Positions 11,691 to 24,587 of a stretch of DNA of 64,000 nt are shown here, piece by piece. Location of the stretch: NCBI GenBank assembly GCA_964016885.1, contig OZ024741.1, positions 56,172,001 through 56,236,000 on the forward strand. The letters are read 5' to 3'. A program made the translations under genes and the position numbers. This DNA comes from Eledone cirrhosa. Lineage: Eukaryota. Position 1 is the first letter of the stretch. Each line of letters starts with the position of its first letter. The notes beneath the pieces were generated by a model, which saw only the letters and a program-made list of their open reading frames with translations, was not told the DNA's origin and made no database searches.

Positions 11691-14600
11691 CTGATAAAAA
11701 GAAAGAGGCAAGAGAGAAAGAGAAAATAAAAAATGGTTTAAAATATTAACTGGATATGAGATTAAAATTGTAAACAAATTTATGATCATATGTATAACAT
11801 ACGTATTATAGACCTCAAGTTGAAAGCAATATAGTTAATCCTTTAGCATTTAAACAGGCTGTGTCCGGCCAGAATTCTTTCCCCTCTTTGAAACCTGACA
11901 TAACCAGCAGCTCACATTGACTTTAAGATATCGTTCTTAAAATAAACAATACATCATCAAAATCTTGTAGACTCAAGATTATGCGAGATAAAGCCTTTAC
12001 CATGATACTATACAATAATAAATATAGAATAATGTAAACGCTAAAGGGTTAAACCACAGGAACCAGTGAAAGAGAGATCGACCAAATAAATTGATTAGTT
12101 TTAACTTTTGTTAAAACCAGCTTAAGGATTCAATTATTTTTCTCTCAGCTTCCAGGGATGCATATGCAAATCCTGATTATGAATTTAATGAAAACCAAAA
12201 CTAATTAATTATTCAACTCGACCTCCCGCCATAGCCGATCAGAGATCTCATGGTATAACCATGGCCTCTACTTTTACAGTGTGGCTAAAAGTATGTTTAT
12301 TAAACATATAATACATTTAATGTGTATGTATATATATTGTGTACACACACACACACACACACACATTTCATTTCATTCATTTAACGTCCACTTTTTCCCT
12401 GCTTGCAAGGGTGGGACGGGACCTGATTCTGGCTTGATTTCTACAGCTGGATGCCCTTCCTAACACCAACCTCATTTACAGTGAGTGCTGGGTGCTTTTT
12501 TGCCGTGGCAACTCCACGACCACTTTGCAGTGGAATGATATGGACCCCAGTCCCTATCATCTCATTTCTACAGCTGAGTAAACTATATATACATACATAA
12601 ACACATATAACAATCATCATCACCACACCACTATTTTACATCTGCTTTTCCATGCTTGCATGGGTTGGATGGGTCTTCTTCAGCACAACTTCCTTCCTTC
12701 AGCATCTTGGTGAAGTTCAGTGTTTTGAGATATCCCCCACCACACATGAACGCAAATGTGGAAACAACCTTTTTAAAATATCACTATAATTTTACATGCT
12801 TCTGTAAAGGTTTTCAAGCTTGTAGTTTAGAGATAAAGTTGCAGCATATATTTAGTTGTTCAGTAAAATATATAAAAAAAAAAAAAATCAACTGAAACAT
12901 AACATGAGAGAGAGAGAAAAAGAAAGAGAAGGAGAAGAATAGATGAGGGAAGGAAGGTAGAGTAAAAAGAAATAGTGGAAAGAAAAAGAAATCCATATCA
13001 AATATAACATGAAATAAAATGTTACTGATGATGGATTAATGATCCTGAAATACTATACACTTTATAGTGATCTGTGACATGATCACAATTTAAAATACAG
13101 CAAGATTTATGTATGTTTATTGCATTTAAACATATTGCATATGGTTCCATATATGCATCTAGTCAAGGTAGAAGTGATCAAACATAGTAGGAGACTTACT
13201 GTTGAGACGAGTTGTAATGGCTGACACAGCCTTGTTAACCAAGCTGATTAAAAGTTCTCCCTCCATTGCAGGTGGCTGGGTACAGGGGTTGGTCTCCTCT
13301 TGTTTCTGAAAACAAAGCACAAATCACATTTATGTCAGTCTAATAAATGTTCTAGATATGACAGAATGAGCAGGATAATACAAACAACGTATGTGACTAG
13401 CTAGAGCAGAGGTCAGGAACCTGTACCTCTTTAGCCTATTTTGAGTGACCCTTAGATGCTCTGAAATTTATTATGTGGATTGGCAGTATCGGTAGAGTGT
13501 CAGGCGCCATGCTTTGAAGCATAGAGTTACCTCCCTTTATGACCTGAGTTCAAATCCTGCCGAGGTTAATTTTGCCTTTCATCCTTACGGGGTCGATAAA
13601 ATAAAGTACCAGTAATGCACTGGGTTAATTGCTGGCCTTGTGCCAAAAGTAGAAATAATAATTATTATTAGGAGGGCAGTGGATTGGAAGTATTGGTAAA
13701 GCGTCTGACATCCTGCTTCGCGACAGAGAGTTACGCCCCTTTATGTACTGATGACAAATCCCGGCAAGGTTAGCTTTGCCTTTCATTCACTGGGATAATT
13801 GCTGGCCTTGTGCCAAAAGTAGAAACAATTATTACAGGGCGGTGGATTGGCAGTATCGGTAGAGGGTCGGACACCGTGCTTTGACGCATAGAGTTACGGC
13901 CCTTGCCATTCTGAGTACAAATCCCGCCGAGGTTAACTTTGCCTTTCATCCTTACAGGGTCGATAAAATAAAGTACCAGTGATGTACTGGGAGATTGCTG
14001 GCCTTGTGCCAAAAAGTAGAAACAATTATTATTATTGTTATTTGTTTACACGCAAAGCCCACACACAAACACACAATGTTTTCATTCACTGTCATAATGT
14101 TTTTCTTGATGTGAACCCTTTGTGGTTAATAAAGAAATCTATTATTATTAGGTAACAAAGTAGCAATAAATTGTTATAAATTTGTTACTTTGAGGATGGT
14201 GTATTGGCATAGTTGTTAGAGTGTTGAACAAATGTTTAGTAATATGTTTCAGACTCAAATCCTGCCATGGTTAACTTAAAATAAAGTATCAGTCTAGTAC
14301 AGGGGTTAATTAAATCAATTTTGCTGGCCTTGAGCCCAAATTAGAAATCAAGTTATTGTTACTTTGTTGCCTGTTTTTCTTTTCCTGTTTACTTGTTTTA
14401 TGTAAATCTCTGATGTCCTTGACTATTTGTATTGTCGTCGTTTTTGGTCTCAGTGACAAATAAAGAAATGATGATGATATCAACCAGGACAGTCAAGCAT
14501 TTGAATTGATTAAGAATGTTAGCTAAATTCATGTTTTCTTGTATATATTTTCGTTTATAGGTAGGAATCATGTTAGCAGAAAAATGGGTAGATAAGATAA

Positions 14601-17600
14601 TAGACGTAAATAGAGTGAACGACAGAATAATTAAAATAAGACTTGTCCTAAATAGAACTACTGTGACAGTAATATCTGCGTATGCACCCCAATCCGGACT
14701 GCCTGGCGCTATAAAAGACAGATTCTATGAGACATTGATGCTCACTACCTCCCAAATAACCGACAGTACTACATAATTATTGCTGGCGACCTAAATGGTC
14801 ACGTTGGACAACATTGTGACGGCTATGACGGAATCCATGGAGGCTATGGGTTTGGTACTAGAAATGAGGAAAGCTCCAGAATCCTGTGACGCAAATAACC
14901 TAACTATCTGTAACACTAACTTCAAAAAACGAGACAATCACTTGATCACCTATAGATCAGGGGAATATGCCAGTCAGATAGATTATATCCTTACCAGAAG
15001 ACGTGATAGAGTATCTGCTGTAAACACTAAATCCCTCCCAACATAGACTCATAGTCAGCGACCTCATAGTCAGGACAAGAAGTACTCGACAACAGAGGAG
15101 GACTATCCTCAGGAGAAAAATATGAAAACTAAAGGACTCCACAGCCAGTAATAAATTTAAAAGCATATTACTTGATGCTTTCGACAGTAAGGAAGAGCAA
15201 TTAGAGTCGTACAATAGAGGAACAGTGGGAATTCCTGAAAGCTAACCTGCTGAAGGCGGCAGATGAAGTCTGTGGCTGGGGCAGGCCTATAGGCAGCAGG
15301 AGAGTAATGTAGTGGTGGAACAGTAAGGTGGAGGAATCAATTAAGGCCAAAAAGCAGGCTTGGAAAGTATGGCAGGATGGGGGAAGTAGAGAAGACTATC
15401 AAGTGGCTAGGAGGGAAGCTAGGAGACAAGTGTACTTCGCAAGAAGGGAAACAGAGGAAAGAAAGTTCAAGCATGTTCTACAACGCGAGGACCAAAAACG
15501 TGAGGTGTTCAGGATTGCTAGGCAATGTGTCAAGGAAAACCGTGATATTGTCGGAGAGAAGTGTGTCTTTAATGATAATGGTGTACTTGCCATCACTGAC
15601 GCTGATAAGAAGGTAGCTTGGAAGTGTCACTACGAAAGGCTACTAAATGAGGAGAATAAATGGGAGAAAGACAGTCTCCCCCACATCGATCCAATAGAGG
15701 GACCAGCAGTGCTAGTTGAAGGTAGTACAATAAGTAAGGCAATCAAAGATATGAAGACGGGTAAGGCGGCTGGGCCTTCAGAAATAGTTTCTGAAATGCT
15801 GAAAGCATCTGGAACGGTGGGACACACTATGGTCACCCGGATAGTAAACCAAGTCATACAGAATGGGGCCGTTCCGAAGGACTGGCGTAGCATCATCATC
15901 ATTAACTGCTACAAGGGTAAAGGAGATGCCCTAGATAGGGGCAACTATAGAGGCATTAAATTAATCGACCAGGTTATGAAGGTCACAGAAAAAGTAATAG
16001 CGCAACTAATCAGAGAGCGAATTGATCTAGATGAAATGCAGTTTGGGTTTGTGTCAGGTAAAAGTACCACAGACGCTCTTTGCATTGTACGACAACTACA
16101 GGAGAAGTACCTAGCTAAAAGTAAACCGCTATACTTAGCTTTTGTTGACTTGGAGAAAACCTTTGACAGAGTCCCCCGCTCCATTATCTGGTGGGCTCTT
16201 AGAAAACTAGGTGTTGATGAATGGCTTGTGAGAGCTATACAAGCCATGTATAAAGAAACAGTCAGCAAGGTTAGAATTAACAATGAATATAGTGAAGAGT
16301 TTAGCGTAAAAGTTGGTCTTCATCAGGGCTCCGTTCTTAGCCCCTACTATTTATTATTGCCCTTCAGGCTATAACAGAGGAGTTCAAGACCGGCTGCCCA
16401 TGGGAACTCCTATACGCAGATGATCTAACGCTCATAGCTGAATCAATGGCTGAACTAGAGAAGAAATTCCAAACATGGAAGCATGGCCTAGAATCAAAAG
16501 TCCTTAAAGTTAACTTGTCTAAGACTAAAGTTCTAGTTTGTAGGAAGGAAAATAGGGCACTGGTCCCATCTGGGAAATGGCCATGCTCAGTGTGTAGGAA
16601 AGGAGTAGGCAGAAACTCCATTTTATGTCCCAAATGCAAAGTATGGGTGCATAAAAGATGTAGTGGGATCACAGGTAAGCTAACTAAGAATATCGATTTT
16701 ATATGTGGCCGATGCTCTGGTGCAATAAGTAGCAGCAAGTGCACACAGAATACTAGCTCATTCCATTGCACAGATGGTTCTATAGAAATAGTGGAGAGCT
16801 TCCGTTACCTGGGTGACAAAATCAGCAGTGAGGGAGGGTGCTCTGAAAGTACAGTAGCTAGAGTCAGAACAGGATGGAAAAAGTTCAGAGAGCTGATACC
16901 ACTATTGGCCGCTAAAGGGTTCTCTCTAAAAATGAAAGGCAGGCTGTATGATGCCTGCATACGAACAGCAATGTTACATGGCAGTGAGACCTGGGCATTG
17001 TGTGCAGAGGATATACACAGACTGGAGAGGAACGAAGCTTGCATGCTCCGCTGGATGTGTAGTAGTAATATACGCGAACGGCAAAGCATAAATGAACTAA
17101 GGGAGAAATTAGGAATAAGAGGGATCAGATGTTGTTTACTCGAGAGAAGACTATGTTGGTACGGTCACGTGATGCGTATGAAAGACGACAGCTATATAAA
17201 AAAGTGCAGGGCGATAAAAATAGACGGTAGCCACGGAGTAGGCAGACCCAGAAAAACCTGGGACAGCTTGATAAATTCCGACCTCACACACTTACACCTC
17301 TCCAAGACAATGTCACTGGACCGAGATCTTTGGCGCTACACAGTAATACAGAAGACCCGCCTTGCCTAAGTACAAAGCAAAACCTTCAGTCAGTAGGCAC
17401 CTCTAACAAAAATACACCCCTGTCCCACTACCCCCACCCCATCCATACCACCCCCTTCAATCTGAAGTTATGTTGGTACCACAACATCCAGTCCGAAACA
17501 AATGAGGTCGTGTAGGTGTCACGACAAAAAAACACACAGTCCACTCTGTAATGTGGCCGTGTAGGTAACACGGCTAAAAACCTCCCAGTCAACACTATAA

Positions 17601-20600
17601 ACGTGGTTGGTGTTAGGAAGGGCATCCAGCCGTAGAAAACCCGCCAGACAGTCTTATACCAGCAAGACAACCAATCTTGCCTCAAGTGAGAAAACTCCCG
17701 TCCAAATCCATGCAAGCGTGGAAGATGGACGTTAAACGATGATGATGATTTATAATAAATTATATAACTCAATCATTTTTTCATAATCTCTTAATGTTGT
17801 GTGCCAAATGAGATTGTATCTTAACAAGACATTCTTGAAATATCAAATTTTTACTATGAACTGTCCACTAATAATGATAGACACATTTGAATTAACAAAC
17901 CTGTTTTCTGATATTTTCTGTTAAAACATTACAGGATATTGAAATACTAATCTGTATTATGTATACATCAAGGAATCACCAACAAAGGAGCCTCTACATG
18001 ATAATCCAATTTGCAAGAAACATTAGCCAGATGTCGCTCATATCTACCGTCATAAATAAAGAAGGACAAACTGAATAATGAAGTCCCTGATATACAAAAT
18101 GACTAGATGGTTATGACTGGAAGACTATTGAACTTATGTTTGTTCACTACTGTTATAAACAAAAAAGGACACATTAGACAATGTAGTCCCTGATATACAA
18201 AAAGATGAGATGATTATGACAGGAATGCCATTGATCATGTGTTTGTCTAATTAGGGTTGACCTGAACTCAGTGGAGTGGAGTGGACAGTTAGCTAGATAT
18301 TTACCTTCTTGTGCCACGTGATATATTCATCTCGGAGAATTGCTCGTAGGAAACTGGGAACCTTGTATTGAGGATGGACGAAGCAGCGTGCTGCTGAAAC
18401 CATCGAAGCAGTTAAGGGACCCGTTACTCCGGTCGATGTAAGAAACTCAGCAATATTTGGGGTCAGTCGGAAGGGAACAGGACGGTTGGCATCAAGTTCT
18501 CCTGAAACCAAAAGGAAATCACACAACCAATAAGTAGTGATAGAGAGAAAAAAAAAAACGAACATAAATATAGGTACAAAAGTGTGGTTAAAGTTAGTTT
18601 CATTATCAAGTGGTTTTGAGCCTTGATCCCATTGCATGGCACTGACCATTGCTATGTGCTCTCTACTGTAGTCTTGGATTGACCAATGCTCGGTGAGTGG
18701 AATTTGGGAGGCAGAAACTGTAGAGAAACTTATTGTGTGTGTGTGTATGTGTCTATGTTTACATTTAACGGTGTAAACTGAAGTGTTGAAGGTAACTTAG
18801 CCATTTGATAAATAGAGATTGATAAAATATATACTGAGAATTGGTGTAAATGATACTGAAAACAATATTCTAGTATGGCTGGAGTCAAATGACAAACCAG
18901 TGAAAAACATAAAAAAAAATAAAATTTGACTGTTTCATCTATGTTTACACCATGTGTATTTGTATATTTATATATATCTCCATCTATGGCATAACAAAAA
19001 GCACTCAGTCCATACTGTAAGGTGGTGGGTGTTAGGAAGGGCATCTATTGTAGATTTAGAATCCACACTTACCAGATTGATCATCAAGATCAAACTTGAA
19101 ATAGGCAATATTAAGGAAACCACAGTCCTGATGGAGATACATCATGTCTGGATTCATCCGAGTGAGGTGAAGTATAAACTCTGCGAATGCCATCAGTGCC
19201 AGCTGGATGGTGATCTGGGAACATGACAGGAAAGAAAGGGAAAAAGAACAAATGAATAAAAAGATGTCAGTGAAGTAGAATCAGAACAAAACAGAAATGG
19301 TTACTAATTAGTAAGAATTAATCTCATAAACTAAACAAACATCTGTAATCATGTAAGGTTAATATATTTTAACAACTTTTGAGGGTGGTGGATTGGCAGA
19401 ATTGTTAGAGCATCTTGTTTCAATTCAACAATTCACACCTGTACAGGTTTCACCAGCCTCTTATGAAGTTACAGGTCATAGGAATGTTCATGGGTGTTTT
19501 AATGATGGGAAGGAGGAAGAGAATCGAGCCCCTAACCCCAGTCCTCTCATGATACCATTTGTCTAATGACAGTAAGCAAGATTGGAACTCAGAATGCAAA
19601 CAGCTGAAACAGATACTGCAAGGTATCCAATGCTCTAACAATTCTACCAATTCACTGCTCTGAACAATGAAACAATGAAAAGCGAAGTTGACTTTAGTCT
19701 CTAACCCTTTTGTTACCATATTTCTAACAATAATAGTCTGCATTTTAATTATCAAAGTAATCATTAATTGTGAAAAGATTTAATGAAATAACTTTCAACT
19801 TTATAATGGTTTCTAATTTAGGTACAAGGCCAGCAATTTTTGAGAGGAGGGTTAAGTCAATTATATCAGTCTCAGAAGGATGAAAGGTAAAGTTGACCGT
19901 GGCAAGACTTGAACTCATAATGTAAAGTGCCAGAACAAATACTACTAAACATTTGTCCAACACTTTAACAATTCTGCCAATCTATTGCCCTAACTTTAAA
20001 CTTAATAATAAAAAACAAATATTAAACTACTGTATCTAATATTATTGGTCATTTCATAGAAAGATTTCAGTCCAAGGGTTGAATCTAAATTCGAACACTT
20101 CAATAAACACCAAGGCATTTAACCTTTTCATTATTTACTATTATATTTTCACGGAAAAGGCTTTACCTTACATTATTATCTCACAGAATATCGAATCTAT
20201 GAGATTTTGATATTATATATTTTGAGAACAATACTTTAATGTTGGTATGAGTGGCTGTTTACAGCCAGTTTCCACAGAAAAAGTGAGAGAATTCTAGTCA
20301 GATATAGCCGGTTTAAATTCTAAAAGGTTAATCCAATGCTCTAACAACTTATAAGGTCTATAAAACAACAGTCGAGGTGTCATTTCCAAACTTTCTATGA
20401 TATAATCTAATTAATTTTGATCATATTTTCATTTTAATTTCTGTTCATTTATCATGCTTTTTTTAATTGTTTAGTCTCTACATAAAGATTAGCCCTGATT
20501 AAGCCGATGTACCATCAACAGCATTCCAGTTGCGATGTTCTTCAAATTTTATTTCTTAGTCAAAGCAGGGGACTGCATTACAACACTATCCAATAACCCT

Positions 20601-20948
20601 CATCACATACATGCTGCTCCTTTGACACAATTCCCACCAGTAACTGGCACCCTCTTCAACACATACAGATTTTATAGAAGATTGCTACTCACAGTTTTTC
20701 GGAATGTCCAATAGTCTGTGGCATCAGGAAACGTGTGCAGAACCCATTCTTTCAATAGTCCCCGTGGCACCATATTGGTCTGAACGTCCTTCAAAATATC
20801 TCTGAGAACCTGGTGGCTAGCCTGGGAGCCGCGGGCTTGCACAGTAGCCAGGCGTTCATAGTAACGGGCAATAGGGGCGTCATGCTCAATTCCTCGTTTC
20901 AGACAGCGCTACAATGATAAAGAGAGGTTATTCATATTGGGTGTATTG

Positions 20949-20986
<38 letters not shown>

Positions 20987-21263
20987 CCCCAGGTTCAATC
21001 GGGGGTAACTGCAATAAGTAAAGTACTCACTACATTAGTAGATTAGTAGAGTATAAAAATCATGTTTAATACAGAAATGTTTCATAAGCCATTTCTATAT
21101 TAAACATATATATATATAGAAGTAGAACACTGGAAGGTAATATCCGTAGTGGTAGAGCACTCAGTCCATGGGACGAGGTTGGTAGAAGTAGAAACACAAC
21201 AGTTTGTTCACCATACCGAGAACAATTGTTTTTGGTATAGTGAACTAACTGTTGTGTTTCTAC

Positions 21264-21316
<53 letters not shown>

Positions 21317-24300
21317 CATACATACATACATACACACACATATGTACAGAATGAGAGAGAGAACACAATGTAGAGATAGATTGTATAGAGAGTGTGAGGG
21401 AAGAGAGAGAGAGAGATTTATGGGACATAAAGTAAAACTAAGTAAGGTATTATTTCAAACAGCTAAAACAGAGCAGATAGTTATATATAAAACACTTGAG
21501 CATGTGGCATCTGTTGACTGAAAATTGTACTGTGCATGTGCTGAGACAAAACCCAGAGCAAACAATGTTTATGCCTGTGTGTATCTAATGTTATGAGAGG
21601 TTGAAATGAATAAGCTAACAAGCAGTAGAATGTAATATTCCACATTATTGCAATCTTGCTATTTGAAATTAATATTTTTAAGTTCACTAAAAATTCATGA
21701 AAACAGTTTTTTTTTTGTCCTTGATTTTAATTCAAAAATTTCTCAAGGAAATATAGTATATTGCTTGCCCAACCATACCAGCATGGAAAGTTAGGCTAAT
21801 TCTACCATACTGCCAGACATCACTCACTTCAAAGACCACCCTTCCTTCCATAGACTAGTAATATGTGCCTGTATCCTTGGCTGGGCTGAGAGCTTTCTTT
21901 GTAACATCAGTACTACTACCTTACATGATGGAATGAGTACTTTTTGTCATGGCACCAGTATGATCACCTTACAAGGGTAGACTGGGTGCTTTTTGTCATG
22001 GCACCAGTATGGCAACCTTGCTGGGTGGACTGGGATAGATACCTGTTTATAGTTAGTTAACAAAGTATCCTGTCATTGCTGGGCAATTTTCACCATAGAA
22101 TGCCTTTCTTTCAATTATTTTATTCCAAGTCAGAACTCCCCCCCCCCACCCCCGTACCTCATCTCCTGGTACTCATTCCCTGTGAATCATCAATCGTCCC
22201 CAAGGTGGTTTCTATCGAAATTTATTCAGTGGAGATGTATTTTGAAGTGGTATCAGTGTTGTGTTGTGTACTTTAGCATGAGCATCTGCATGTAAACATC
22301 AGGTGACCTCTGTGAGGACAACTCTCTACATCATCATCAACATTTTACGTCTGCTTTTCTCTGCTTGCAAGGGTGGGACAGGTCCTATTCAGCACAGCAT
22401 CTCTCCACTTGTCACGGTCCTTTGTCATCTCCTCCGTGAGCTTCAGCAATCTGAGGTCTCTACCTCATAGCAAAAACAATGCTCCCTGTTGACGACATGG
22501 ATGGACAGAATAAAAAGTTCATGGTGAAAGAATGCATAACATGATCAATAAAAGCCAGACTACTTAAATTAACATAGAAACAGAGAACAAGAGTATTTCT
22601 ATTTTTTGTCTTTCTTTTATTCTTTTTGGAATTAAGAAACTCCATGTAACCAAAAACCTCTTTGTGGAACATAGATTTCAAAAATCAAATCTATTTTTCT
22701 CTGGGACACACTGTTACAGAGCCTTGTGGCATACATGCATAAACAAATATATAGTATATATTGATACAAATGTGGATAGATGATTGTTTATAGTTAGTGT
22801 TGAAACAAATGTGGATAGATACCTGTTTAAAGATGTCCTGTAGAGAGATTGATGCAGGATTGTCTTCAACAAGGCGCATCTGAGGCGAGAAGGATACCAC
22901 TCTGGGAATAGTGAAATATAACAATCTTCGACTTGTTTCCTGAAAGTAGACAGTGAAGAAGGGAGTTAACACAACCTACTTGAAAATAAACTGGTTTTAT
23001 AATACAAATCTCTACATTTTAAATTATTCATCAACAGAGTTTTCTATGTTGGCATGGGTTAGATAGATGCCCTTCATGGGACCAACCGTTTTAGTCGCTT
23101 CTTACAACATGCTGGATATGGTGTACCTACTCTAAACCAGATACACATATATTTATATCAAAACCTTCCATACAAAGCAAACAATTTTCGGGAGGAGGAA
23201 ATCGATTAAGCAGAACCAGTATTTGACTGGTACTCTGCTTTATCAACATAAGAGAGATGAAAGGCAAAGTTGAACTCAGTAGGATTTAAACTCAGAACAT
23301 AAAGGGTTGTAACTAAATGCTACAAAATATTTTGTCCGATACTAATGATTTTGCCAATCCAGTGTCCTCATCAGCTTAATAATGGAAAGGTTAATTATTT
23401 TATTAAATTATTCCCAATTTTTGCTGTAGAAATATGATGTACTTTAGGCAAGTGCCTTATACCATAGCTTCAGTTGACCAATATCCAGTAAGTAGAATTT
23501 GGTAGATGGAAACTCCGTGTGTGTATGTGCACGTGTGTGTGATTGTGTGCATATGGACATGAACAGAGAAGAGTTGGTAAGAGTTTATTTCAAAACCATG
23601 TGGTCAAAGGGCCACCTCCAATGCAAAGCATTTTGGGGCATCAATTACTATAGCCACAAGCTGACCTGAGCTTTGTAAGTAAAATTGGGTAAAAGGAAAC
23701 TGTGGAGAAGTCCATCTGATTGGAAGGATTGTATCTGTAATTCAAAAGATGAGTCTCACTGTGTTACATTGATTCTACCTGAGTATTAGGTTTCAGGTAC
23801 AAACAGCTGTGGAACACTCGGCCACTTTGTATGTTAATTTAATGAATCAAACAATTGGATGTTCATCCACCATTTTTGATGGGAAATCCTATATATAAAT
23901 ATAGCCAGTTGGTGAGTATATTACTATAGTGGCCCCAGCTTGAGTACTACACTTTTACATGAATTACATATTCAGTAGTAAAAGTATGTATTAACATCTG
24001 TTTGTTATTGGCATAATATGCAGAGTGTTTATCTGAGTTGTAGCTGTAATTAAAGAGTCAGCCATTAAATGTCACACTATATGTCATGCTGAATCTCCCT
24101 AAGAACTATATTAAGGGTTCATATGCTCGTGGAATGTTCAGCCACTCATGTTAATTTCATGAGTGGGTTGTACTATTGGTCAAACAATCAGAGCACTCAT
24201 CATCAGAAACCCCAGAGATCCAACACACACACACATAAATAAGAGTGTCTATTTATATGTGTGTGCATGTGTGTGTGTACACCAACATGAGTATGTATGG

Positions 24301-24527
24301 ATGTGTGTATGTACACTAATAACTGTATGCAACCAAGCAAGTTACAAAATAGAAGTGCCTCACCTTTTGTTTTGTAAGGAACAAATTCAACATCCTCAAT
24401 AGCTGTAGGACTCTTTCTTCTCGACAAGATTCAGTGAGGCAGCCATCATTGATGACAAGATAGGGGTAAATCTGTAACAGAAGAGAACAAAATATTGATA
24501 TGTCTGTATACATACATATATATATCT

Positions 24528-24587
<60 letters not shown>

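Noticed and set aside
13475-14040. tRNA genes or a CRISPR-like repeat array
   Set aside because: A/B boxes belong to SINE heads with no cloverleaf; units are ~190-bp SINEs without unique spacers; eukaryotic context.
19073-19214. Missing kinase catalytic residues as a sign of pseudogenisation
   Set aside because: TRRAP/Tra1 is an established pseudokinase, and the frame is intact across all 30 exons.
22815-22823. GTATCT donor as a U12-type intron
   Set aside because: Reads GTATCTAT rather than GTATCCTT, and the acceptor has ordinary U2 features.
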